NCBI GenBank assembly: GCA_963813075.1
Contig: CAWEXU010000030.1
Span: 320,001-384,000 of the forward strand
Direction of reading: 5' to 3'
Source: Methanotrichaceae archaeon
Lineage (GTDB): Archaea > Halobacteriota > Methanosarcinia > Methanotrichales > Methanotrichaceae
Length of the DNA: 64,000 nucleotides
The notes under the pieces were generated by a model. The model was not told the DNA's origin. It worked only from the letters and a program-made list of their open reading frames with translations, and ran no database searches. Shown here one piece after another: positions 34,327 to 43,493 of this stretch. Every line of letters starts with the position of its first letter. Within the stretch, counting starts at the first letter, position 1. The position numbers and the translations under genes are program-made.

Positions 34327-34938
34327 CTACCAGTAATTGCGGAGCGTCTCATGCACCCGTTCCACCTGTTCCGTGACCTCCGGGGCAAAAAGCTCCGCAG
34401 GCAATGTGTCGATCATCTGCTCAAGATACCTGGCCTTCCTCTCCATCAGCCGCCGGGCGGAGAAGGAATCAATATCCTCCATCATCTCCCCTGCCAGGCG
34501 GCTGGAGGAGTGAATGCAATTCTCAAGGCGCATCCGGGCAAAATCGGGGCGACAGTTCAGTCCCCACGTATCCAGATAAATCGCTCTTCCCAATTCGCTG
34601 AAGGCCTCGATGAACAGGCTGAAAGACGACTGATCGGAATCACAGCGCCCGTGAGTGGCGGCATAGCCGCAACCCTGGCAGCTTCGGCTCTGGCCAAACT
34701 TGACGCAGAAAGGGCAGGTACCGGGCCGGGTGGGCAGGTGGCCAAGAATGGTGAGAGCGAGGGCGCGGGCGAACTTGTGCAGCTCAGATGGCTCAACCCT
34801 CTCTAATTTGCCGGAGAAGAGATCCAACCAGTGGATCAGCTCCTGGCAGCCGGTGATAACCGCCCTCCGGGCCACTTCAAGAGATGCTGCATCGATCGAT
34901 GCCGCAGCCTCCTCCAGTTCCTTCGCTCTATCGGTCAT
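34327..34938 (-). CDS. hypothetical Cys-rich protein
   Basis: TCPFC..CQGCGYAATHGRC. Confidence 0.75.
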   Translation of the reverse strand: MTDRAKELEEAAASIDAASLEVARRAVITGCQELIHWLDLFSGKLERVEPSELHKFARALALTILGHLPTRPGTCPFCVKFGQSRSCQGCGYAATHGRCDSDQSSFSLFIEAFSELGRAIYLDTWGLNCRPDFARMRLENCIHSSSRLAGEMMEDIDSFSARRLMERKARYLEQMIDTLPAELFAPEVTEQVERVHETLRNYW

Positions 34939-35027
34939 ACCAGTGGCAGTCAGGAGAATTCATCCGAAAGAATCAGAGGAAAGGGTAGAACAAGAAAAGG
35001 GCCATGAGGGGGCCGATCCATTGCCCC

Positions 35028-36392
35028 TCAGTACCCCTTCTGGGTATGGGTCATATTGTTGCAGAACTTGAACTTGTCCCGGTCCTTGTCCTGCAGATAG
35101 ACATACCCTATCCTACGATCCTCCAGATGCTCCTCATACTCCTCTTTTGCATCCTCCCGGCAGGACGGGCAGGCCCCGCGAGGGATGGATACGCAGAAAG
35201 CATTATTCAGGGTGCCATATCCCCTCTGAGCGGAGCTATTGATAGTCATGTAGCCCGGGCAGTGCGGACAGAGCCGGACCGACTCCTCCTGGTTCTCATT
35301 GATCATGTCCGTATCGTAAAAGACCCTCTTTTTCCGGCGGTAGAAGTCGCCTAAACTCTCCCGGGCCATCTGGACCATCTCCTCCCTATTCGACCAGACC
35401 TCATTCACCTGCTCCACCGTCTTTTTGATCTCCCGCCACATGGCATCGGTCTGCACAAAGGCTCCGGGCACATAATCCGGCTCGCGAACGTGAGAGTAGT
35501 CAAGGCCGGCCATGGCCTGGATGATACCGGTGTTCACATAGGGCAGGGCGCTCTCCACCGCATAGCCGCCCTCCAGGACGCAGATATCAGGAGCAAGCTT
35601 CTCGTTGAGCCGGGCATAGCCATTGGCTGAGAAGCGCATGTTGGCCAGGGGATCGGTGTAATGGTTGTCCTGGCCGGCGGAGTTTAAGACCAGATCGGGC
35701 TTGAACTCCTCCAGGATGGGCAGGATGAGATTGTCCAGGACATAATGGATCCCCTCATCGGTGGTGCCCGGTGGCAGGGGGACGTTCAGGGTGCGCGCCA
35801 GTGCCTGGGGCCCACCGATCTCGTTGGTGAAACCGGATCCAGGATAGAGGGTATGCCCATCCTGGTGGAAGGATATGCACAGGACTTCAGGATCATGCCA
35901 GAAGATCTCCTGGGTGCCGTCGCCGTGATGCACATCCGTATCGATAACCGCCAGTCTCTTGTGCCCGTACCTGGTCCTCAGGTACTCCACCAGTATGGCC
36001 ATGTTATTGATATTGCAAAATCCCCGGTTGCCGTGCACCACCCGCATGCTGTGGTGGCCTGGCGGGCGCACCAGGGCAAAACCGTTTCTGATCTCCCCCT
36101 TCTCCAGGGCATCGGCCAGGGTGAGGGTGCTCCCGGCGGCAATGAGATGGGCCTCAGTCACCTGGCTTTCCACATCCGGAACGCAGAAATGAGCGCGAGC
36201 GATGTCCTTGTTCTCCGCCAACCGGGGCTTGTACTCCTCGATCTGGGGTAGGTCCATCAGCCCCTCCTCGAAAATCTGGTCACGGGTGTAAAGCAGCCTC
36301 TCCTCCCTCTCCGGGTGGGTGGGCGATATGGCCCAGTCAAAAGCGGGGAAGAATATCAGGCCGGTCTTTCCAGCTACTGGTTTTGTGGCCAT
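35028..36392 (-). CDS. histone deacetylase family protein
   Basis: HPERE, RPPGHH, GFC, DVHHGDGTQ, AGQD, LEGGY. Confidence 0.93.
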   Translation of the reverse strand: MATKPVAGKTGLIFFPAFDWAISPTHPEREERLLYTRDQIFEEGLMDLPQIEEYKPRLAENKDIARAHFCVPDVESQVTEAHLIAAGSTLTLADALEKGEIRNGFALVRPPGHHSMRVVHGNRGFCNINNMAILVEYLRTRYGHKRLAVIDTDVHHGDGTQEIFWHDPEVLCISFHQDGHTLYPGSGFTNEIGGPQALARTLNVPLPPGTTDEGIHYVLDNLILPILEEFKPDLVLNSAGQDNHYTDPLANMRFSANGYARLNEKLAPDICVLEGGYAVESALPYVNTGIIQAMAGLDYSHVREPDYVPGAFVQTDAMWREIKKTVEQVNEVWSNREEMVQMARESLGDFYRRKKRVFYDTDMINENQEESVRLCPHCPGYMTINSSAQRGYGTLNNAFCVSIPRGACPSCREDAKEEYEEHLEDRRIGYVYLQDKDRDKFKFCNNMTHTQKGY

Positions 36393-38069
36393 TTACCGGC
36401 ACCTCCAGGAGGGGAGCAGGCCAGCGGGAATCTCCATTCTGATATCCATCAGCTTTCCTACCGTCGACCATCCCCGAATCATATTGAATACCTCACTGCG
36501 AGTTATCTCTGCTTCTCCGGCATACTCCTCAACCCCCAGGCGAGCTGCCCTCTCCGCCAGAAGCTTCCTGGCCAGCTCTTCGGCCTGAGCCAGGGACATC
36601 TGCCTATCATTCACCTTGCCCATGATCCCATCCTCTGCAGTCACATACTCACCCCTCTCGGTATCGATGTGAAGGTTTAGGGTGATGGTGGGCCGGGCAA
36701 CGGCAGCGCCAATGGCATTGGCAACCGCAGCATACTCAGGCACAATTGAGGCCACCTTCAATCGGGAGGCAACAAGAGGCACCAGGGCCACTGACCCTCC
36801 CCCTACCCCAACCACATTCTGCGCCTGGAGCTTCTCCTTTTTCATGATCTCCCAGATGCGGTAAGCAGGCTCCCCTTCCCACTCCTGGAACATCTCATTG
36901 ATCTCGGAGGCGATCTTCTCCACCACCGAATCGACCACCATCTCTGCTGCTTTCTCAATGGAGCAATTCAGTTTGTCTGCCACCCCTGCCATCGCCTCCC
37001 TGGCCTTCTCCAGGTCGCCGACATTCAACTTCTCAAGGACGCGCAGAGCATCGGTGGGAGTGGGGCCCGTGCCCCCCAGACAGAAGGGCGAGCCGTTTCT
37101 CTCTGGGCCCACTTGCAGGCAGTCGCCGGCAACATTCACTGCGCTGTCCCCGCCAATGGCCAGGGACTTTACAGCAAAAGCCCGCACATGAGTGAGCATA
37201 GAATCCACCCGCGCTCCTTTGGAAGAGAGCAGAGGCCTGCCGGATAGGATCAGGGCCAGGTCGGTGGTCGTGCCGCCGATGTCCACTACCACAGAAGTCT
37301 GGCCGGGAGGGGTCAGAGCCATGACCCCCATGATGCTGGCTGCAGGCCCGGAGAAGATGGTCTCCACCGGCATTTCCAGCGATCCCTCCAGGGGCAGTGT
37401 TCCCCCGTCCGCCTTGAGAATATATACCGGAGCGGTGATCCTCCTCTCCTTCAAGGCCCTGGATATGGCTACGGCAAACCTGGCATAGCTCTCTTTGGTG
37501 GCCAGGGTCAGTATTGTAGTGGCTGCTCTCCGGGGGAAATTGAGGTGGCCGGATACCAGATGGCCCATCTCGACCTTCGAATCTGGAAGGGCCTGGGATA
37601 TGATCTGGGATACCTTCTCCTCGTGAGCCGGATTCCTCTGGCAGAACTTTCCCACCACCGCCACCTTAGTGATTCCGCTCTCCTTTATCCTGGCAGCGGC
37701 CTCTTTGATCTGGGACTCATCCAGCCGATCGATCTCCTTGCCCCGGAAATCTATCGCCCCATCGAGAATGATGGACTGGCCCAGGTTGTAATCCCTGGGA
37801 TTGGTCCCGGGGCCGGGGATGAGAACCAGTGCCACGGGATCCGTCTTCTTCTCAGCAATCATATTTGTGATCAGAGTGGTGCTTAAAACCACCCTCTCGA
37901 TCTTGCTGACGTCCACTCCTCTGACCAGCTCATCCAGGGCCTCCAGCAAACATCTCAGCAGATCATTGTGATCTGTAGGCACATAGGCCGTCTTCTCCAC
38001 CCGGCTGCCTTCCACCAAAACAGCATCAGTGGTGGTCCCGCCGACATCTATTCCAACAAGCATTTCCAT
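36393..38069 (-). CDS. hydantoinase A/oxoprolinase family protein
   Basis: GIDVGGTTTD, SGPAAS, DIGGTTTD, ANAIGAA. Confidence 0.92.
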   Translation of the reverse strand: MEMLVGIDVGGTTTDAVLVEGSRVEKTAYVPTDHNDLLRCLLEALDELVRGVDVSKIERVVLSTTLITNMIAEKKTDPVALVLIPGPGTNPRDYNLGQSIILDGAIDFRGKEIDRLDESQIKEAAARIKESGITKVAVVGKFCQRNPAHEEKVSQIISQALPDSKVEMGHLVSGHLNFPRRAATTILTLATKESYARFAVAISRALKERRITAPVYILKADGGTLPLEGSLEMPVETIFSGPAASIMGVMALTPPGQTSVVVDIGGTTTDLALILSGRPLLSSKGARVDSMLTHVRAFAVKSLAIGGDSAVNVAGDCLQVGPERNGSPFCLGGTGPTPTDALRVLEKLNVGDLEKAREAMAGVADKLNCSIEKAAEMVVDSVVEKIASEINEMFQEWEGEPAYRIWEIMKKEKLQAQNVVGVGGGSVALVPLVASRLKVASIVPEYAAVANAIGAAVARPTITLNLHIDTERGEYVTAEDGIMGKVNDRQMSLAQAEELARKLLAERAARLGVEEYAGEAEITRSEVFNMIRGWSTVGKLMDIRMEIPAGLLPSWRCR

Positions 38070-38217
38070 TCGCCTTTCGACAGGCGCTCTAGATCAGGAT
38101 ATATATCGGCTTTGTGGTCTTCCAACCGCCTTCCGGAAACAGTACTTAATTTACTTATTTCAAGTAAGAATCAGAAATTATCAATAGGTTTTATAAATAC
38201 AAAGATGAGTAGACTAT

Positions 38218-38724
38218 ATGCTCAAAATCGTCATCATATTCATGTTATTGACCCTGATCGGCTCTCCCATGAATACCACATCAACTGAAAACACAAGCAT
38301 GAATAAATCGCTTCTTAACAATTCGAGCGTGAATGGTACACAGCAGAGCGACTTGGGCATAGATTTAAACCCCTTTATCTGGTTTCCCAGAAATACAAAG
38401 CCAGATGTTGCCTCAGACCTGAGGCAGACCCTGGAGGATATCAAGCACGATTATCTTAAGAATGCAGTGGACTCATATTCATCAGAAAAATCGATGACCG
38501 AGGAAGAATTCTCCAGGCTCTCCATCCCTCCGGCGATAAATGAGGAACTGGATAGATATAATCCCGAGAGCGACCCGGTACCCATAGACCCGATAGAGTT
38601 CCCGGATGATGAATGGAGTCCATGGCTTCAAGAGCCGCCATGGCCTCAAGAAGAGATGAAGAGGGGATGCTACGAGCCGGTCTGCAACGAAGACGGAATC
38701 TGCTATCAAGAATGCTGGGATTGA
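38218..38724 (+). CDS. secreted hypothetical protein
   Basis: Signal peptide, N/T/S-rich N-terminus, Cys-rich C-terminus. Confidence 0.65.
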   Translation: MLKIVIIFMLLTLIGSPMNTTSTENTSMNKSLLNNSSVNGTQQSDLGIDLNPFIWFPRNTKPDVASDLRQTLEDIKHDYLKNAVDSYSSEKSMTEEEFSRLSIPPAINEELDRYNPESDPVPIDPIEFPDDEWSPWLQEPPWPQEEMKRGCYEPVCNEDGICYQECWD

Positions 38725-38734
38725 ATAAGGCTAC

Positions 38735-38968
38735 CTAATCCAGGGTTTGGATCAGCGGATTTATCTCATATACGTCCAGTTGCCGCTTTATGGTAAACAG
38801 CTGATTGCCCATCTGATGGCTCTTGAGCAGGGAGTTCCCAACATCTTTTGGCAGATAAAACTCCTCATCTCCCAGCTTCACCCAGAAGAACTTCCTGCTT
38901 TTGCCCAGCTCCATTCCGCTGTACCTGCCTGTGACCTTTTCACCGACCCTAAGAATTCGGGGCTCCAT
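38735..38968 (-). CDS. hypothetical protein
   Basis: 77-aa ORF with RBS-like GAGGTGA. Confidence 0.65.
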   Translation of the reverse strand: MEPRILRVGEKVTGRYSGMELGKSRKFFWVKLGDEEFYLPKDVGNSLLKSHQMGNQLFTIKRQLDVYEINPLIQTLD

Positions 38969-39207
38969 ATAGTTTCACCTCATTGATCGTTATATTTAGT
39001 CCTGCTACTACTTCTACCTTCCGATTGGTGGCTGGAGATGGACCCTCCGAGAAGAAGAAAGGTTTTTAAATCAAGCAGCACCACGCTGTCCACAATTGTA
39101 CATCATAGTGCAAAATAGGAGAATGATACTAACATGAATTCGATGCAAAGGGACGCAGATCAGCTTATGCATCTTATCTGTGCTCGATTATTTCGGGGTG
39201 AAGAGAT

Positions 39208-39303
39208 ATGAGCATGCCCTTATCCTACATGCTGCTGCTGATATCTCTAATAGCTATGATCTCCATAACTATATTTATACTTATGAGGACGTACCATGAT
39301 TAA
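39208..39303 (+). CDS. 31-aa single-TM peptide overlapping the symporter start
   Basis: MSMPLSYMLLLISLIAMISITIFILMRTYHD*, RBS-like GGGGTGA, overlaps ATG at 39296. Confidence 0.6.
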   Translation: MSMPLSYMLLLISLIAMISITIFILMRTYHD

Positions 39304-40714
39304 TCAATTGCTTCTCCTGGCCTATGTCCTGGCTATCATCATCCTTTCATTCAAACTGAGACAGGGGACATTCTCAGGCTTTGTTCTCTCCAACCGCAAC
39401 ATCGCCTATCCTGCGGTCATCGGCATAGCCTATACCGCTGCCTACTTCAGCGCTGCCTCCTTCCTGGGAGGAGGAGGTTACGGCCTTGCTGCCGGCATGC
39501 CCTGGGTGGTCTTCTGCTCCCTATTTCATGTTGGATTTGCCTGCATCGCCTGGATCATGGCGGGGAGAGTATGGGCCATGGCCAAGCAGTATGATGCCAA
39601 GACGGTCCCCCAGCTCCTGGAAAGGAGGTACAACTCCCCTCTGGGAAAGGTCATCTTAGCGGTGATCATGCTCATCCTCTATACCGTCTATCTGGTCCCC
39701 ATCTTCAAGGGATGCGCCACCCTATTTCAGGGGATGATCGGTGTCAGCTACCTCGAGGGCATATTGATCACCGTGGCTATAGTTGCCGTCTACTTTGCCA
39801 TCGGAGGCCTGCCGGCGATAATCTGGATCGGATTCATCCAGGGCGTACTGATGCTGATAGGAGCCATATTCCTTTATGGCGGCCTGTTCTCCGCCGGTGG
39901 TGGCCTGGATATCTGGGAGAGGATTCCCCTTGAGGTCCTCAGCATGGATGGACTGAACATCCCCTGGCAGCAGACATTTGGCCAGGCCTTCGCCATCAGC
40001 CTGGGCCTGCTCGCCCTCCCGGACCTATTGATCATGATATTCTCCGCCCGGGACAGAAGGGTGGTCCGTTTCGCCGGCATTTACGGACCAATATCCATCG
40101 CCATCTATTCAGTATGCATATTCTCCCTTGGAATCCTGGCCTATGGGGCCTTGAACGCGGAAGAGATAGGGCCATTTCTCAAGAATCCCGACGGCCTGGT
40201 GCCATTCATCGCCAGCATGGTTCTTCCTGCGGGCTTTGATGGCATCATTCTCCTGGCGGCGATATCCGCAGCCATGTCCACCATGAGCGCCATAGTGCTG
40301 GTCACGGCTACCTCCCTCACCTCGGACATCCTGCGCTACCTGAATCCGGGAATAGCCGACCGAATGGTCCTCTTTCTCACCCGCATAATCGGGGTTGTGA
40401 TACTGATAATAGCCGGCATCTCGGCGATCAATGTCCCTCAGCAGATCGTGCCTCTGGTGGCAGTGAGCATGGGGGTCATCGCTTGCTGCGTCCTGGTGCC
40501 GCTGTTCTTCGGCATCTTCTGGCAGCGGGGCACTGAGACCGGCTTTATCGCCAGCCTGCTCGCCTCATTCCTCTCGGTGGTGGTCTGGTACTTCTACGGC
40601 CACCCCCTCATCCACCCCGTATTTGTAGGCCTGATCTGCGGTACGGCAGCCTATCTGATCGGCAGCCTGGCGACGAGCCGACCGGAAGGGGCAAAGGTTG
40701 CTGCTCAGACATAA
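39296..40714 (+). CDS. sodium:solute symporter (SSS/SLC5, PanF/PutP-like)
   Basis: Multi-TM; YFSAASFLGG, LLAAISAAMST. Confidence 0.92.
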   Translation: MINQLLLLAYVLAIIILSFKLRQGTFSGFVLSNRNIAYPAVIGIAYTAAYFSAASFLGGGGYGLAAGMPWVVFCSLFHVGFACIAWIMAGRVWAMAKQYDAKTVPQLLERRYNSPLGKVILAVIMLILYTVYLVPIFKGCATLFQGMIGVSYLEGILITVAIVAVYFAIGGLPAIIWIGFIQGVLMLIGAIFLYGGLFSAGGGLDIWERIPLEVLSMDGLNIPWQQTFGQAFAISLGLLALPDLLIMIFSARDRRVVRFAGIYGPISIAIYSVCIFSLGILAYGALNAEEIGPFLKNPDGLVPFIASMVLPAGFDGIILLAAISAAMSTMSAIVLVTATSLTSDILRYLNPGIADRMVLFLTRIIGVVILIIAGISAINVPQQIVPLVAVSMGVIACCVLVPLFFGIFWQRGTETGFIASLLASFLSVVVWYFYGHPLIHPVFVGLICGTAAYLIGSLATSRPEGAKVAAQT

Positions 40715-40721
40715 CGCCCTT

Positions 40722-40772
40722 AATAGGAGGATGAATAGCGCCATTCATCCCTCTATTCGCTAATTTTTTTTT
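40722..40772 (+). terminator. hairpin plus T tract after symporter
   Basis: AATAGGAGGATGAAT..ATTCATCCCTCTATT followed by T run. Confidence 0.6.
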
Positions 40773-40925
40773 GAATATTTACGAAATTGTGGATCACTAT
40801 TGGGAGCGAAAGGCACTGATCCGGCTGCCAGCTCTCGTCTTCAGGGGAGCAATTGAGGGATACTCTTGGATTAAATTAATATACCGAATCGGAGAGCCTT
40901 ATCATAACCAATAGGAGGGAATAGT

Positions 40926-41198
40926 TTGGCTGAGATGAGAAATTTTGCCCTGAGAGACGCCCAGGGAAATGAGATCGGAGTCTTTACTGGAAAATCGCCC
41001 AGGCAAGCGGCACTGAAGGCTGCCAACCGCGGCTACACCGAGATAAAGCTGCGCGAGCGCGGCACCAAGAAGGTCCATGTCTTCTCTGGAGAGAGAGTAC
41101 AGGTGGACAAGCCCAAAGGAGCACCTGCCTGGATGCCGGATAAGATCTGGAAGCCGAAGGTGAAAAAGGAAGGTATTGAGAAGCTGGATGAGGTCTGA
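40926..41198 (+). CDS. chromosomal protein MC1
   Basis: RNFALRD..GVFTGKSPRQAALKAANRG..LRERGTKKVH..PAWMPDKIWKP. Confidence 0.95.
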   Translation: MAEMRNFALRDAQGNEIGVFTGKSPRQAALKAANRGYTEIKLRERGTKKVHVFSGERVQVDKPKGAPAWMPDKIWKPKVKKEGIEKLDEV

Positions 41199-41234
41199 AG
41201 CTACCTAAAATTCGGGTTTTCTATATTTTTAAAA

Positions 41235-41260
41235 TGGAGCAGAATAATTCTCCTGCTCCA
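41235..41260. terminator. stem-loop between convergent MC1 and aspS
   Basis: TGGAGCAG-N10-CTGCTCCA. Confidence 0.45.
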
Positions 41261-41283
41261 CCTCCGCCCAGTGCCCTGGATAA

Positions 41284-42588
41284 CTAGGGCACCAGGCGCC
41301 TTCTATCCCTGGGGAAGATAACTGCATCGCGGATATTGTCCAGATTGAGCATGGTCATCACCAGCCGGGAGAGCCCCAGCCCCCAGCCAGCATGAGGCGG
41401 CATACCATAGCGGAATGCTTTGAGATAGAACTCAAAACCATCCGGGTCCAGACCCTTTTCCTTTATCCTCTCCACCAGAAGATTATAGTCGTGCACCCTC
41501 TGTGCCCCGCTGGCCAGCTCCATACGCGGGTGCATGAGATCGAATCCCCGGCAGATCTGGGGCTCGTCCTCATAGGGCAGAGTATAGTAGGGTTTGATGG
41601 ATGAGGGCCAGTCGATCAGGAAGTAATGCTCTCCTATGCTCTCTCCTAAGAATCTCTCTGTCTCGGTATCCAGGTCGTCGCCCCATTGCATCTTGGCACC
41701 CGCCTTCTCTCCCGCCAGATCCAGAGCCTCGGTATAGGTGATCCTCTTGAAAGGAAGCCGTGGCACCTCCAGCTCCAGGCCCAGGACCTCCAGCTGGCGG
41801 CGGCAGTTCTCTCTTACATAGCTATAGGCCCCGGCCACCCCCTCCTCCAGGATCTCCATCACATCCTTATCATCAGCAAAGCTGATCTCAAGGTCTATGG
41901 AGATGGCCTCATTCAGATGGCGCCTGGTATCATGCTCCTCCGCCCGGAAGATGGGGCCGATCTCATAGACCCGGTCCATGCCTGCTGCCATCAGCATCTG
42001 CTTATAAAGCTGAGGGCTCTGGTTCAAGAATGCCTCCTTCTCAAAGTAGCTGATGGGGAAGAGGTCCGTCCCTCCCTCTGTGGCCGCGGCCACTATCTTG
42101 GGAGTGAAGACCTCGACCAATCCTTTCTTAAAAAAATAATCTCGAAGGCTATGCAGGACCGCACTCTCGATCTCGAAGGCCGCCAGGACACAGGGCCTGC
42201 GAATGTCCATGAACCTGGAGTCCAGGCGGGTGTCCAGCTCACACTCCACCTTCTCAGTGGGATCAAGAGGCAATGGGACCTGGGCAGCACTTAGAACCTG
42301 AATCTCCGCGGGAAGGATCTCATACCCTCGCGGCGCCTTTGGCTCCGCCTTCACATTTCCCCGGACCATCACCACGCTCTCCCGGCTGATGGAGCGCGCC
42401 GTCTTGAAAACATCCTTTCCCAGCAGCTTTTTGACCAGGGTGATTTGAGCCATTCCCTCCCTATCCCTGAGCACCAGGAAGGCTATTCCTCCCAGATCCC
42501 TGATCTCATGGGCAAAGCCCGCCAGCGTGACCTCTTTTCCGTCCAGTTCCGCAGATATTTCGCCTGAATAATGAGTTCTGAGGATCAA
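41284..42588 (-). CDS. aspS: aspartyl-tRNA synthetase
   Basis: [34 protein letters not shown]. Confidence 0.97.
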   Translation of the reverse strand: MILRTHYSGEISAELDGKEVTLAGFAHEIRDLGGIAFLVLRDREGMAQITLVKKLLGKDVFKTARSISRESVVMVRGNVKAEPKAPRGYEILPAEIQVLSAAQVPLPLDPTEKVECELDTRLDSRFMDIRRPCVLAAFEIESAVLHSLRDYFFKKGLVEVFTPKIVAAATEGGTDLFPISYFEKEAFLNQSPQLYKQMLMAAGMDRVYEIGPIFRAEEHDTRRHLNEAISIDLEISFADDKDVMEILEEGVAGAYSYVRENCRRQLEVLGLELEVPRLPFKRITYTEALDLAGEKAGAKMQWGDDLDTETERFLGESIGEHYFLIDWPSSIKPYYTLPYEDEPQICRGFDLMHPRMELASGAQRVHDYNLLVERIKEKGLDPDGFEFYLKAFRYGMPPHAGWGLGLSRLVMTMLNLDNIRDAVIFPRDRRRLVP

Positions 42589-42652
42589 TTCATCTCACGG
42601 CTGCGAGAATGAATTCCTGATATAAAAGCAGTCTGATCAAAACCGCTTTCAA

Positions 42653-42958
42653 GTCAACTATCGCGTCCTGAAGGGCGCGGCTTGCGACTATGCAAAAAGT
42701 CGTGTCGCGTTTGGCCGGTTGACACAAGACTAGCGAAGTCCCGAGGGATCATAGATTTCCCTCTACCCGGGCGACCTGCTTTGCATGGAGATCTTAACGC
42801 CGTTGTTGCCGAATCTTTCCATTCGGCTCAGATCATTCCCTAACAGGAATCATGCCGAGCAAAGCGATTTGTCTTTCATTCACCGTCTTACTCCGGTAGA
42901 TCCGGAGTGCCCTACCTCATAGAGGCGAAAGACTGTTGCCCGACTTCATCGGGGAACT
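42653..42958 (-). ncRNA. putative structured RNA ending in a TnpB reRNA/omegaRNA-like scaffold
   Basis: No ORF of 60 aa or more; many stems; TTAAATA about 25 nt upstream; 3' part parallels the tnpB right-end RNA. Confidence 0.6.
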
Positions 42959-42961
42959 AAG

Positions 42962-42988
42962 CTTACATAGTATGTGATACTATTTAAG
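42962..42988. promoter_or_regulatory. palindrome holding two opposed TATA-like boxes; candidate operator
   Basis: CTTAcATAGTAT-GTG-ATACTATtTAAG, 11 of 12 positions pair. Confidence 0.6.
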
Positions 42989-42992
42989 ACTT

Positions 42993-43172
42993 ATGTTCAC
43001 GAACATACAGTTGAAGGTTGAAACGAGGGATCGCCTGAAATCGATAGGTAAGAAGGGAGAAAGCTATGATGCAATCATTAATAGGATCTTGGATGAGGAA
43101 TCTTGCAAGGAGCACGATTCATCCCACCCTGAAGGGCTGGGGTCTTATCTACCCCTTGAGCCCACGAGATAG
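42993..43172 (+). CDS. small ribbon-helix-helix / antitoxin-like DNA-binding protein (59 aa)
   Basis: MFTNIQLKVETRDRLKSIGKKGESYDAIINRILDE: beta-strand, helix, GESY, helix pattern; below ORF-track cutoff. Confidence 0.75.
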   Translation: MFTNIQLKVETRDRLKSIGKKGESYDAIINRILDEESCKEHDSSHPEGLGSYLPLEPTR

Positions 43173-43286
43173 AGATTCAGCACATATGCCGCCCGTACAG
43201 CCATCTTAAAGTTACATGCAGTAGATATATCTGCTAAGGGAAGGTATATCTGCTAAAGAAATGACAGTCTATCCAGGATTACAGCC

Positions 43287-43493
43287 ATGGCCTCATTCAA
43301 AGACCTCCTCAACCAGAAGGATTTCTGGATTTTCCTTTTCGTCTTAGGGTGGCTGCTGCTCAACTGGCCCCTTTTAGCGCTGGCTGATGGCCGGGTGGTC
43401 CTCAACATGCCTGCGATCCTGATATATATAACAGCCATCTGGATAATTTTCATCCTCCTCATGTACCTGTTCGACCGGGGGAATTCCGAATGA
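43287..43493 (+). CDS. small 2-TM protein coupled to the SLC5 fusion
   Basis: Two hydrophobic segments; ATGA overlap with next gene. Confidence 0.8.
   Translation: MASFKDLLNQKDFWIFLFVLGWLLLNWPLLALADGRVVLNMPAILIYITAIWIIFILLMYLFDRGNSE

Larger units (their letters stand above)
42653..43168 (-). mobile_element. non-autonomous IS200/IS605-family element
   Basis: 43104-43168 (reverse complement) matches left end 61349-61414 with 3 substitutions and 1 indel; 42653-42725 parallels right end 62497-62570 ending TAGTTGAC. Confidence 0.9.

Noticed and set aside
42653..42740. Plus-strand GTCAAC..GTTGAC start as an IscB/HEARO omegaRNA
   Set aside because: No IscB gene; it aligns better as the reverse complement of this window's tnpB right end, and the TATA-like box favours the minus strand. 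Not fully excluded.
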